This document shows, one piece after another, positions 25,444-39,013 of a DNA stretch of 64,000 nt. Every line of letters starts with the position of its first letter. Within the stretch, counting starts at the first letter, position 1. The stretch is from Dimorphilus gyrociliatus (taxonomy: Eukaryota; Animalia; Annelida). Under the pieces are notes generated by a model. That model did no database searches and was not told the origin of the DNA. It saw nothing but the letters and a program-made list of their open reading frames with translations. The DNA lies in the NCBI GenBank assembly GCA_904063045.1, contig CAJFCJ010000006.1, positions 5,162,408-5,226,407 of the forward strand, written 5' to 3'. The position numbers and the translations under genes were made by a program.

Positions 25444-27192
25444 CTATCGAAATAAAGCAATATCAACATCAACAGTACTTGTTTCATGTCTTGATCCAAA
25501 GAGTGAAGAAAAAAGCTCATCTTTAGCAACATCAGTCCATTGATTATTCGGAACTGGAGCCGTAAAGTTAACAAGCTTTGGATGAACAACAAATTTAATT
25601 TTTCTGTCTTTGTTCTCTCGGCGGTCATATTTTTTAGACTTTTTTGATCTCATCTTTTGTAGTTGCAGCCAGTGCCTTGTTAGAGCTACAGGGTCGTTCA
25701 CATTTTCTGTTTTACGTTCAATTAATTCTCTTAGTAATTGATGATAAAAATCGTCATCATCGAATATTTCTTCTTGATGTTCATCTTGATTAGGACATAA
25801 CAAAATTTTATAATTAGAACGCTTCATCTGTGTTCTTCTTCGTAATCTTGCCATATCTGAGAGAACGTAACGAATTTGAGCAGTAACTGATGTTTCCATA
25901 GCAGCCATACTTCTAGCACTTTTACCACCTATTAATTTTGTTCTGTCGTGCCATTTCTCTAATTGCTTATTTCGATAAAGTGAAAATGTTTTGTGACGCT
26001 TTTCTAAAAAGCTATTAACATTGCCTATTTTAGCTTTTTGCCTTTTTACTGGAGTTTCATCCTCTGATTCGCTTGATGTAATTTCTTCATCTGAGTCTTC
26101 AGTTTTTTTATTCTCTTCATTTCCTGTTTCAATGTGCCTTGTCTCAGGATAATTAAATAGTAGTCGACTTTGCATTTCAATTAACTTATCCAAAAGTTGT
26201 TTAACACTCTTTCGAGCTGAAAAGATTAAAAAATATTACTCCTCTGAGACCTTCTGAGATGATATTTGTCAATTAGAATAGAGCTGTACCTTTCTTAGTA
26301 CTCTCATCAAGTTTAGGGCTGATATCCTCCAGTAATCGTTTCCATTCGTCGGGACTTGGAAGTTGGTTTGCGGCAAGCAAAATCTTCTGCAATTTAATTC
26401 TTAAACCAAGAATTTGATCGTATAGGGAAATTTGATTTAGCACAGCCTTTCCTTTCTCGGAATCAACAGATTGCGTTGGAAAAGTTTGGATATCGGTTTC
26501 TTCTGGTTTCTTGAGAGATTTCGCAGACACTTTCCTATTTTTAAAATTAATCAACTGTGTATAAAGCTTACAAAATTACAAATTTAAGTAACTACTTATT
26601 ATCTAGTGTTTCATTCATTTGGTTTAGCATATCAAAGTCTCCTGCCTCTTCATCGTCCATATCTTCATCATCTTCTTCTTCATCATCTTCTTCTTCATTA
26701 TCTTCGTCTTTATTATCTTCGTCTTCGTCTTCATCGTCTTCGTCTTCATCGTCTTCTTCCAATCCTTCACCACTGTCGTCTCCTTCATCCATCTCATCCT
26801 CATTATCATCATCCTCGTCTTCATCCTCACTTTCATCAGCCCTAAGTCCAACCCCCTCTTCAAAATCAGAGAGAAACTTTTGACGACTGATTTTTTTCCC
26901 AGAATATTTAGGATCACTCTCTTGTAATAAATAGTCTTTTTTCTGTCTAATAGATCCTCTCTCTTGTGAGATTGATCCAAAATCTTCTTTCTCAATTAGT
27001 TTAGCAGTTGTGTCTACAGAAAAAAACGTGCTTAGTGAGCGATAATATATTAAAAATACTTGTTATCACGACTGTCTGAAAAAAACCAAAAGCAAAGTAA
27101 AAACTAAGAATATAACCATCCTCGGAGTCATCTGCTGATTTTGACGGTCCAACAGGAGCTAGAAGATGTGCATATTTGTCAGCAAGAGACAT
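25444..27192 (-). CDS. AATF: Protein AATF / Bfr2 (SSU processome)
   Basis: Multi-exon with an acidic N-terminal tract, [25 protein letters not shown], and C-terminal [20 protein letters not shown]...DELFSSLFG. Confidence 0.93.
26640..26850 (-). repeat. Coding low-complexity acidic (GAT/GAA/GAC) repeat inside AATF
   Basis: Encodes [15 protein letters not shown].... It produces the Ser-, His/Leu- and Lys/Met-rich spurious ORFs in other frames. Confidence 0.9.
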
Positions 27193-27402
27193 TTCGAATT
27201 ATTGTAGACGGTGATGGACACCGCGAACGTAGCTCATAAGCGCTTGGAACAGCTTAGGCGCTTGCAATTCTCGCAGCGCATTGTATTACGTTGTTAGCTT
27301 TCAATCTGGATATTGAAAAGCGACATTTTCTCTACTTAATGCCAGAAGATTTCCTAGCATAACAATCTCGATTTCTGCTTTCTTTTGTATAAATTGTTAA
27401 AT

Positions 27403-28442
27403 ATGAACAATAAGTTCAATGCGTAAGTCTAGTCTACATTCTGTGTTATTATTTTATGTGAATTATTGTAATATCGCTACATGAGCAGGCTCAAGTCGGA
27501 GGAGAACGAAAATGGAACTGAAGAAAAATTTAAAGAGTTCTCTCCTGAACCTATCCTACCAAGGAAGAAACCCCCACCGGTAAAGGATGGAGACCATTTA
27601 TTAGAGTATCATTATACACTATGGTTTTCACGAAAGTAAATCTTCCATGTAGTTATATTTTACCGCCATTTATATCACTTTTGGCCCTCACAGGTCACCG
27701 GGAAAGCAGTCATCATCCTCAGTATCATATAATTCTCAGCTTAAGTGCATCATGACTTTTGCGAGCGTAATCAATTCTTTTTTTTTCCACTCATTTGATA
27801 GATCTAATCTTAGTCCATTCGTAACAGATCGAGCAATTCTGGCTCATTTACAGCCATGTAGCTCGGCCGCATGAATTATCTGGCCATTGCGATTACCATC
27901 TGTTTAAAGATGGTATAAAGCCAATGTGGGAAGATGAAGCCAACGTTAAAGGGGGTAAATGGATGATCCGCTTAAAAAAAGGTCTTATTAGTCGCTGTTG
28001 GGAAAATTTAATATTAGCAGTTCTAGGAGAGCAATTTATAGTCGGAAATGAAATTTGTGGAGCTGTAGCATCAATGAGATATCAAGTTAGTCACCTATTT
28101 TTTACAAATTTTGTAATAATAATTTAAGAAGTTTATTAATTTAAATACTCTTTTTACTTTCCTTTAGGAAGACATTTTATCTTTATGGAATAGAACTGCT
28201 TCCAACAATGAAGTTACAAGTAAAATAAGGGAAACTCTCAAACGTGTTCTGAATATACCCCAAAATACAATCATGGAGTATAAAGCTCATACGGATTCCA
28301 TCAAGTTTGTATTTTTGAAGATTTATACAATGTTTCTCTTTTAAGCTTTTAAAGCTTTTAATCGGATTTTTTTTTATACCGCCTTTTTTTTCACTTCAGG
28401 GATAATTCCAGCTATCGAAACACCGACGTTTTTGTGAAATAG
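27403..28442 (+). CDS. EIF4E2: eIF4E class II cap-binding protein (4EHP)
   Basis: A 20-nt first exon 27403-27422 (MNNKFNA) splices to 27489 (LKSEE). Then HLLEYHYTLWFSR, EQFWLIYSHVARP, HLFKDGIKPMWEDEANVKGGKWMIRLKKG, IMEYKAHTDSIK|DNSSYRNTDVFVK*. Confidence 0.95.
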
Positions 28443-29298
28443 TTTGTGAATTTTTAAGATAATTAGTGTATTTTATTCTGCAAATACACAAATGTTAAGG
28501 GATGCAGTTAATTTTATTGAGAATATATATTCTCTCTTTGTACAACCGCTTCTTCTTATCATTCCCACCTTTCTCTAGTGAGAAGGAAACTACGTGATAT
28601 CGAATAATTTGGAGAATAATAGCATCTTTCCAAAAGTAGGTCAATCTTTCCATTTCAAAAGTTTATCCCCTGTATTTTATTAAATTAAGAAATTTTAGTG
28701 TGATGTCAAGTTTCGGAGGAAATCAGATAAACAAAAGATCTACATTAAGGCTTTTTTTTCCGCGTTTGATGTGTAGTCTAGTTAGTGCTAATAGGAATAA
28801 GGAGCAGATTAACTTAAAAAGAAATAAGGACATACAAAAAAACAAATTTCTGCGATAAAACACTATAGAAATCGTCATAATTGGTGCATGCTTCAAAGGG
28901 AGAAACGCTGGCTTTTTATATCAATTTTAAGGTAAGTGGCGCATCTAGGTCGCTTCATCAAATCCCTGTCAGCTACATATGGTTTAGAAGAGTTCGTTCC
29001 ACATAAGAGACCTTAGGAACGAATATGAATATGTTAGAGATAGGTTTAGCATTGGTATTAATTTCTCTTCTTCCTTCAATAAACATCTGATTTAGTTTCA
29101 AATCTTTTTTTGAATGATAAGAAATCGAAACAAAGAGCATACTATATTTTATGCCCTACGTTATATTGATAGTCTAACGTTCTGCAATTATATATAATTA
29201 AAAAAACATTTATTATTCACAAAATAAAACTTTGGTATGGATTAATTAATACTGGAGAATTCTTTTAGTTTCGGTTAAGCAATTTATAAAGAGAATGA

Positions 29299-30125
29299 TC
29301 AAGCGCAGTGATGCTTCATCCAGTCAACAACTCTCTCTAATCCTGTTCCATCTTTTGCACTTGTTTGTAAAATTTCGATTCTTTGAGGACAGTGGTGAAC
29401 AATGCCATCTAAATGTATATAGTCATTTAATTGAGAATGGCTTAACTTTTGTGGCGAATCTCTGAATAACAAAATAAGGAAATTAAACAATTGATTTTCT
29501 CTTTGTCATTCTCATCGACCTTGAACTAAACGGTAATAGAAACTTACATTTTATTTAAAATTAATAAAATTGGAACTGTTTGAAGTTGAGGGTGAGCGAG
29601 TATATCAATCAAAAGGCAGAAGGCACAGCTGAGTTTCGCCTTGTCTGATGTATCAATGACAAACTAAAGTAACGAATAAATATCGATTAATTATTTACAA
29701 ATCACTTTTGAAAAAACGCTTCTTTACCATAAGACTATCACACACATTAAAATAATTTTTCCATATTGGAGCCATACAACCTCCAAGTTCTCTAACTTCA
29801 ACTTCTTGTCTTTTATTTACTAATACCCTCATTAAATTGGTTCCAACCTAATTAGGAATATATTTATCATACAATAATTAACAGGTATATACCTGTAAAC
29901 TACTTATTTAAATATTTATTATTACCGTACTAATCGTTAATGGAGGTTCTTCCAAACTACTAAACGAATTGCTTACGAGAGTTGCATCTTTCAAAGAATA
30001 ATTCAAAAAGAGAGTTAAAATGATATTTGATTTATTTTCTTTTTGAAATATTAATAGTACTTACAATTCAGCCTTCTTAGTAATAAAGTTTTACCAGAAC
30101 CACTCGCACCGACTAGTAACACCAT
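29299..30125 (-). CDS. ARL16: ADP-ribosylation factor-like protein 16
   Basis: Multi-exon. MVLLVGASGSGKTLLLRRL (P-loop), TVGTNL, the diagnostic RELGGCMAPIW, ILLILNK, TSAKDGTGL. Confidence 0.9.
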
Positions 30126-30255
30126 TCTTTTTTTTTTAAATAATATATCTTTTCACTTTTTAGTTTCCTAAGAAAATTTTTCATCAAGAAACATTTCGCT
30201 TCGATAGTACTCCGCTTAGCAGACGATATAAATAAATACTTTGAGTCGAGTTACT

Positions 30256-30265
30256 ATCACGTGAT
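30256..30265. promoter_or_regulatory. Palindromic E-box ATCACGTGAT in the ARL16/POLR2I bidirectional promoter
   Basis: 10-bp palindrome centred between the two ATGs. Motif match only. Confidence 0.35.
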
Positions 30266-30386
30266 TATGTAGACGATCTCAAAAATGTGTCCACTAAGGG
30301 ATGTCCATGTTTTTCATACAATAATCGTTTGGAAAGCAATAGTAGGGCAATTCGTTTATTATTCGGTATATCATCTTGGTAAAGTT

Positions 30387-31034
30387 ATGGATTTTGATGA
30401 AAATTTTAGTAAGCCAAAATATACCGATCCAGGATTTGTTGGAATAAAATTTTGTCAGGAATGGTGAGAAATTTACTTGAAAAAAACTCATTTTATTATT
30501 TAAAATCCACTTTTTAACTAATACCTTATTTTCGCTAGCGCTAATATGTTGTATCCAAAAGAGGATAAAGTCACCCAAACACTCCTATATGCTGTAAGTT
30601 ATATTTTAGGTAACATTTTAAGCAAAATATATTAATTTAATTTTTTAAATTCAGTGCCGAAATTGTGAATATCAGGAACCGGCTGACAATCCATGTATAT
30701 ATGTTAATAAAATTGAACACGAAGTCGAGTATGTTCTTGAACAGGCTATCTGTTATTTAGATTACTAATTATTGTTTCAATTTAGCGAATTAACTCAAAT
30801 TATTGCCGATGTTATCTATGATCCAACTTTACCCCGAACTGAAGATCATCCCTGCCCACAATGTGGTCACAAAGAAGCTGTCTTTTTCCAATCTCAAACT
30901 AGAAGAGCTGAGGTGACTAAGACATCTTATATCTTCATTATACCTATATACAACTTTGATTCTACTTTCAGGAAGGAATGAAACTTTATTATGTATGCAC
31001 TCAACCAAGCTGTTCTCATAGATGGACTGAATAG
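30387..31034 (+). CDS. POLR2I: DNA-directed RNA polymerase II subunit RPB9
   Basis: Five exons. [84 protein letters not shown]. Confidence 0.96.
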
Positions 31035-31480
31035 TCCGGATGTCCTTTAAACGCATTTTTATTGTACATTATGTTAAAGATCTTTAATCATATCTTTTAT
31101 TAAGACTTTAATATATTAAAAAACGATAGAAAAATTGATTCTTAAATAGAACTATAACTATTCATCTTTTGTTTATTAATAATAAGGAAAAAAGATGAAT
31201 GGAATATATTCATTATAGTAAATCATATTTTTGTTTTGTATCAAAAAATTACTCTAAATTTAAAAATGTTTCATTAAAAAGATACTTCTTGTTCAAAAAA
31301 CAATTGAATAACAGGAGTAATACATTTTAATATAGAAAAAAGTGCATATTAGTTTATACTGTATATAACGTTGTCTAAGAAAACAAACAAAAAAATAACG
31401 CCTTTGTAAAGTTCAAAAGAGTTGATTTGCTTCAGATTAAATTGTGGCACAAAAATATTATACAGTTTGTTTAGGATCAA

Positions 31481-34400
31481 TCATTCAACAACTGACAAAC
31501 ACTTAATTATTCTTACTATGTGATTTTGTAATACGTTTCTTCCAGATTGGCTAAGGATGGAAGAACGACCATCCAACAGTTTGTTAAGTCTATCAATAGT
31601 GTGTAGCTTGTTCATTTCTTTGATTAGATCTGAGTGATTGCACATAACTCTAAGTGCGACCAAAGCCGAAGTTTGCAACTCATAATGATGACAGTTGGTA
31701 GCAGCATCTACAAGACGAGACGTGGCTTTACTGGAAATGACAACTCCAACAGGGCATTTACGATGTAGGGCTAAGTTTCCCAATGCTCTGGCTGCATGAA
31801 CGCGTGTTCTAGGTACATCATCAGTCAGTCGATTGACCAAAGAAGGAATAGAATTTGTAAGATGTTTAACCAATTGATCATTATGAAATATCATATTCCC
31901 AATAGCGTAAGAAGCGCTCTAAGATAGTTGAAATTTCTTTATAATTCAAATATTTGTTGTAATAGAGAATGTATAAATACCTTTCGAACTGAAGCATCAC
32001 CATCTTCTACTAAATTTAAAATTGATTTTCTAACGGTGTTCCTAAAGTAGAAGAAAAAGTTAAAACGTAATACATACATTGCGTAACTTTAATAGCTTAC
32101 TGCTCATTTAGTGTAGAATAAAATGTATCCGAATGTTTCATTATATTTCCAATTAGATTACATGCTCGAGATCTCAATAGAGCATCATTATCTTGCAGTA
32201 TACTACTAAATACATTAAGGTCATTGTTCTTCTTATTAGCGAGAATCTTAAAGACCATTTCGGTAGCGGACGGAGTAGTTCTAACTAAATGACCGAGGAA
32301 TGCAATAACATCAGCTGCTAATTTTGTATTACGATCTTTGCTGGCTAGTAATGTTTTCAACCAAATATCAAATTCATTTTGAATCTGTTGAGCACATTCA
32401 AGGAGTTGTTCAACGAAAAAAGTGTCCATAAGTATAAGCCTCGTTAATAAAGCAATAGGCCTAAGCGAACACTCGGAAAGCAATTTGGTATTAGACAAGA
32501 TTCTTTTGGTAGATAATAAATGGACGGAAGAAAATAAAATTTGCGGTAAAAGATCAGATTTCAGGACGGCACTGAAGAAAAAAAGGATAATAAATTTAAA
32601 TAAAGAGATAAACAATTAGATCATACGAAGTGAGACTGGTCGATAGTTGATCATCCAATTCGACTACAAATGGTAGCATAATTAGAGAGGAAATTTCTTG
32701 GAAAAAATCCATCTTAATATCAGAAATCTCTTCTTCAGAAATTTCTCTTCTGTCTTGAGTTAATTTCTTTGCATATGCATCCATAAATGAACAATTAATA
32801 AATCCAGTTAAACAACGCAATAAGTCATTTTCTGGTTGACAAAAGTAAGATACGACAATGTTCTGCAATAATCCTTGCTTACAGATAGCAAGTATCTTAC
32901 GAATAACTGTAACTGATACCAGAGACCAGTCTGGTTCAGCTGGTGGTTTTAATTCTTGACTATTTTCTAAACTTTGCATTAATTGTAACATTTCATTTCC
33001 TCCAATCATATTTGCGAGTCTTTGCCATAGTGCAGGCCACAAATCTTCAGTAGACAGAACGCATAGCCAATTAGATTCGACGTCAATTGTCAAAGAACAT
33101 GTAACGCCACTTTCGGGTGGTATTAACAGGATAATGAGAAAATTTATTATCCCATCCAAAACGCCTACATGAGTTGGCCAAACTTCACAAACTTGAGTTA
33201 GGTCAGTTAAAACTGATTGGATGGAATGAAATGCCAAATTGGCATCGATTGGGATGTTAGCTCCTCTCTGTATCATTCCCGAGACTAAGCAAGCAGTTAC
33301 AGCCTAATAATTAATAAAATCAAATTAATTTTGTCAACTATTTCATCAATTTTGTTGATAATATTTACAGTATGGCTTGCAATAGCTGATTCAGTTAGTA
33401 CTGTCCAAAGGAAAGGAGCTTCTTCTTCATAACTGAGAGCAAAATGAATAAATTTAGTAAGCTAGTTATTAAATTACAAAAATTAAGACTTACTAAGCGG
33501 GACAATGAGTACAAGGTTCCAATATTAAATATAATAGTAATAATGTAGTTTCCAGAGATGCATTCAACCTTATATCGGGGAATGGTACTTTTCCTTTGAG
33601 AATGTCAAAAAGACCAGTAATAAGTTCATCATGATCCAATAAAACTTTGCATAATTTCGAATTTGAACTACAGCAGCTTAATATTGTCTATTATTCAAGG
33701 AATTAAGAAAGGTTAATGCATTATATTTTACAATGGTGTAGCCATACCATTAAAATTGCAGGAGAGCAATTCTGATTACAGACGCTGCCGGTAAACTGCA
33801 TAACTAATTGACCCATTGTTCCTTGGTTAATTAACAGAATGTTCGATAATACTTCTTTAGTCTAAATGAATAAGACATTTAATTATTTTAAAGATTGTAT
33901 AAACTTCTTATTACATCAGCTTTAACATCTGTTGAAAGTTGGCAATCGGGGGAAACATAGACGAAAATTGTTAAAGTCATTGGAAAGAACGCTTGAATTT
34001 CATCTATACGCTGTTGAGCTTTTTCCTCCTCTTTTGCTAATTCTAATTATAATTTAATTAGTAAGCTATTTCGAATATTTTAATTAATTGATATGATTAC
34101 CAGGAATTTGTAAGAGACGATCCAGCACACTTTTATGAGTGATATCTCTCATACACTTAATTAGACCTTCAAACGCTGGTTTACAATGTGGAGCAGCATC
34201 ACGATAAAATTTCATCATAGTTTTTCCATCAACAGTCTTATCCACCATTTCGCACATACAAGTTGTTAGCTAATGTTAATATAATCAGTTAGAACATTGC
34301 ATAATTACATTTAAAAAAAAAACAAATATCTACGCTAAGTATTCTCTCTGTAACTTGTAGGTCTACATCAAATTCTCTAATGAGAAGAGACGGTAAAATT

Positions 34401-37164
34401 TTAAGGACGGTAGAAGCAAATCCACTAATAAAAACAAACAGAAATTGGAAATAAAACAATTATAATTGTATGTATGATTTTAAAGTAATCGTTTTACCTT
34501 GAATGTAAATAAAGGGGAGATTCTTTAATAATATTCGATGAACAATAACTACCCAAACAATCCAATAGATCGCAAGTTATCTGGCGGCACCAGGCTTGCT
34601 AAAAAAAATATATTACTTGAGTTATAAGATATTTTGCTAAAAATAAATAGTAACCTCTTGCATCTTTCTACTACAAACAACGGCATCTAATGTGCTTAAA
34701 ATGTAGCTTGGGCAATCGATAGCTTTGCAAAAGGTATCTAATTCTTTCGGAGGTCTATTTTTTGTGGATAATCGTTAAATTGTAAATATATTATAAATTC
34801 GCATTCATACGAATGAAGAGATTTTACCTATCCGCAGATAGAAAGTTAATAATTATCCTTAAAACGATTTTTAATTTTCCAGCACCTTCTAAGGAAGCAG
34901 CCATTGTTTTTTTACAATTATTTTTTAATCTTGTTACAAGACGATTAGTAAATGTTGAATCCTTTATCAATTTTCTTACAACTACTATCGTTTTCTCGGA
35001 TGGTGCTGTACTTTCAGCGTAACTTTGCCATTCTTCATCACTATCGGCCTCCTGTTTGAATGTTATATATTTATTAAACAATAGGACATAGAAAATTGTT
35101 TAATACAAACTTCTTCCTCAGCTAATTTAACAGCGTCCATCTTCCTCTGTCTATTTATTGTTGTTCTACCTTCAATTTCTATATCAGGATACTCTTGAGC
35201 GTAATCAGCGCTAATTCGATTTTTTCTTGGGGTAAGACTAACCTGAAAAAAACGATAACGTTTCCTTTGAACATAAATAACGGAAAGCGATAATCACAAG
35301 ATAAAATAGACACAACAAGGTATTTGGTAAAAATAAATATGAAAGATCTTATATGCAGCAATCAATCAAAACAAGAATAAGGCTTGTTGAGGTAAAGACG
35401 TAAAATGTGTGGAGTAATTAGATTTCCTTACCTTTTGCTAAGTTTTTAAAGAAAAATAATACGCAAGTTAGATATATAGGATTTTCAGTTTTATAGATAG
35501 CTTAATACAATCTGATGATAATACATACTTGGCTTGTCCCAGTATCTGTCCATTGTCTTGTATGAGGACGTTCCGGATGAAGAGGTAAATTTGCCGGCTT
35601 TTGTTGTGTCCAAGCTTCTTGTTTTGAAGCAACAGTTTTTCCCTCTCCCTCTTCTCTTGGAACTTCATAGGTCAAAGGATGATGTTGATGCATACTTGGC
35701 TGTTAGTAAACTCGTAAGTTTCTTGTTTATTTATAAAAACTATTTTCTTACTGTTTTCTTAGTTGGTTTATGCTCAACTGTTGATGGCCTGCTGTCTCCC
35801 CTTTCATCAATTTTTCTCGTTCTTTTTTCTTGCTCTGTGTTTTCCTTTTTCTGTTCTAATTTACCTTGCTGATTAGCCTTTTGTCTAGCTCTTGATAAGA
35901 TATTTTGCTTTGTTGGAAGAGACGATTTTTCTTGAACTTGTCTATCTCTTTCTATGATAAGAGAAGCACTTGGCAATTGGGTAAAGGGAGATGGAAGAGT
36001 TTTATCCTCTTCAGAAACTGTTATGGTGAATTCTCAGAGTTAAGAAGTTATAATCAACAGTTATAATCAACTTTAAAGCTTACTAATTATGCCTTTAGAA
36101 ACAAAAGGATGCTCCAGTAAATGAGGCCAAGAAAGTCTCTGCTTAGGATTTTTTGTTAATAAACCTTGTAGCATGTCTTTAAAAGCAGAGCTCATTGTTT
36201 TTGGCCACTTGATAGGATCCTTTAATATCAATTGTACTAGCTGAAATATGCTATCCGTATAGTAGGGTGGCTGACCAGTGAATAGTTCATAAAGAATACA
36301 ACCAAGTGCCCTTTAAAGAGTACATAGTTAATAAATAACATTCTTATTTTCAACTAATGATGAATTACGAACCATAAATCAGCTGTGTGATCGTATGGCT
36401 TCTCCTCCACAAGTTCTGGTGACATGTACAATGGTGTTCCCTGGACAAAATAAAGAGATATCAATATACAATCTATTTCGATAATCCGCTTTATCCTTCG
36501 TCAAGTAATACCTACCTTTATAGATGTTAGAACTAGCGAGTTCAAACTCATAGCCCTGGCAAAGCCAAAATCACAAAGTTTAACGATACCATCCTTGGCT
36601 ATGAGAACATTTTGTGGCTTCAGATCTCGATGTAATATTCGATGGGAATGTAAGTAGTATAGTGCAGATACAAGGTGACAAGCAATAGACTGAACCTATT
36701 GTAATTAATGATAATTGTTTCGTTAAAAAAACAAAGCAAAATCTATTGGTATTATAATATACATTATATATTTTATACTTACAACATCCTCTGGTAGAGT
36801 CCTATCATCTTCTAATATTTGAAATAATTCACCTTCAGCATATTCTGTAACAGCAACAACTTCTTTATTTGTCTCAAAACTGTCAATCATTTGTATTGTA
36901 TTTGGATGATGCAGATTTCTCATAATTTCAATTTCCTGCCGTAAATTTCTCAACTCTTTTTCGCTTCTTCCAACTTTTGTAATAAATTTTAGAGCGACAA
37001 TCTATAGATTTTTGATTAGTATTAATGTAAGAGCAAAATCTTATGTGAGATTTTATAACAGTAATCATTATATTTCTAACCTCTCCTGTTAATTTCTTGC
37101 ATCCCTTATAAACTTTTCCAAAAGACCCTTCTCCAATTAATTCAAGTTTATGGTAATTATCCAT
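31481..37164 (-). CDS. STK36: Serine/threonine kinase 36 (Fused) with C-terminal HEAT/ARM repeats
   Basis: Starts [21 protein letters not shown]. Contains [46 protein letters not shown], and C-terminal HEAT repeats ([26 protein letters not shown]). Many short introns. Confidence 0.93.
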
Positions 37165-37742
37165 TTCGTTCGTTTAAATACTTAAGGTCCCCTATTATCG
37201 CTATTTTAGTTTGTATATGTTTCAACTTAGAGAAATTTAGCTTAGGGAATATTCCTTGTGATATTCTAACAATAAAATTTTAATATATAGCAAGCTTCGG
37301 ATCTTTCATTTGACCATTCCAGGAAATGTGATCAACTGAAATATATTCAATAAATAAAATTTCAACTATGCTTGAACAAGAATTTACGTTGATACTAAAA
37401 ACGGCGTGGCAGTTATCAAAATTTAAGAAAAATATTCAATTTTATAAAAAAGCTTCTCTTAAACTCTTAAATCATTCTTTCACGTCACAAATATTTAATT
37501 ATCTAGATATTTTAGCATTTTGTATTGTGTGATTATAAATTAATATCAATTAATTCATAAAACTTTTTTGAAAGTATTCTGTTTGATTTTAGCACCGAAA
37601 GATTCCATTTGCGAGAATTTGATGGCAATCTTAAATAGAACATATACTATTTGAAAGGACAATTGTAAAGTAGTATGCGTATCGAAAACTATCCGTTCTG
37701 GTATTGTGTCGTTAACAACGGACTCTAGATAACCAAGGCAAA

Positions 37743-39013
37743 ATGGCGGACGATGGGGACAAATCCGAATCTGGCCAGATCAAAGAGAAGGCAAATCCAA
37801 AACCAGAGCTAAAAAATACAGAAAAAAATAAGGAGGATGCCTTTAATGAATTTTACACAGAGGCAATTATTTTATTGTTAAAATTTTCGGCAAAGCATGT
37901 TATATATATTCCAAAAGAGCGATAATGGAACTATATTTTGAATTATTTCCAATACAAACATATTATTACTAAACATATTTTTACGCAGGTAAAAGATATT
38001 GAAGAAAGAGACTCAGTTTTAACCCCAAAGCAACAAATAGACCGTCTAAATAGACCTGGCTCCACGTATTTTAATTTAAACCCTTTTGATGTAAGTCATA
38101 TATACATACATATAAATTTATACTGTATATATACATCTTAATAGCTGTTAAATTAATCATGCATCTGTTAGGTACTCCAAATTGATCCGGAAACTCCTCT
38201 CGCGGAAGCAAAAAAGAAATATAGAAGAGTGAGTCCCAAAAATACTTTGAAATATTGTAATTTAATAAATATGCAATATTATAAACTATAGTTATCCATA
38301 TTGGTTCATCCTGATAAAAACTTAGACGATAGGGAACGTTCCCAATTGGCATTTGATGGTAAATATTTACAATATGATAACATAAATCTTGGAAATATAG
38401 TATATTCATAAATTATAAACCAATTTTTTTAGCCTTAACAAAAGCTTACAAAACTCTAGAAAATGAAGAAGGATATAAAAGATGTCAAGAGATAGTTGAA
38501 GAAGCTAAAACGTTAACAAATGAAATGGTATATTAATAAAATATTCTCTTAAGGATAACTCATTCAATTTTATTATTAAAACTGCAGATGGTAAAAAAGA
38601 AGAAGGAGCAGAAAAAGGCTGGAAAAAGCCAAATTTTACCTGAGGATGATCCTGATAAAGTAAGGATTAATTAATATTCTGTACGAATGAGCAATTATCA
38701 CTGAAACTATTTTGTGCAGTATAAACACGCCGTTTACGTCCAAACATGTAAGTTATTCGCTGATTTAGAAAGATTAAGACAGAATGAGGAAATGAAAAAG
38801 CAAAATGAAAAAAAGAGAAAAGCTGAAGAAGAAGAGCTGGAGGAGGAGAGGAAAAAAGTTGAATCTGAATGGAATAAAAATTACGAAGAAAGTAGACAAG
38901 ATCGTGTTAAATCTTGGCATAATTTTACTAAAGGTACTAAGAAGAAGAAGAGAGAAGGCTACACTCCAGGCACTTTTCGTCCACCAAAAACAAAAATGGA
39001 AAGAAAAGAATAA
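37743..39013 (+). CDS. DNAJC8: DnaJ homolog subfamily C member 8
   Basis: FNEFYTE|VKDIEERDSVLTPKQQIDRL..YFNLNPFD|VLQIDPE..|SILVHPDKN; C-terminal EESRQDRVKSWHNF..FRPPKTKME. Confidence 0.95.

Noticed and set aside
26557-26995. Ser-rich, His/Leu-rich and Lys/Met-rich ORFs
   Set aside because: Alternative-frame readings of the AATF acidic repeat.
28566-28586. Small hairpin CCTTTCTC-tagt-GAGAAGG in the EIF4E2 3' region
   Set aside because: A seven-bp stem with a bulge is expected by chance and matches no known element.
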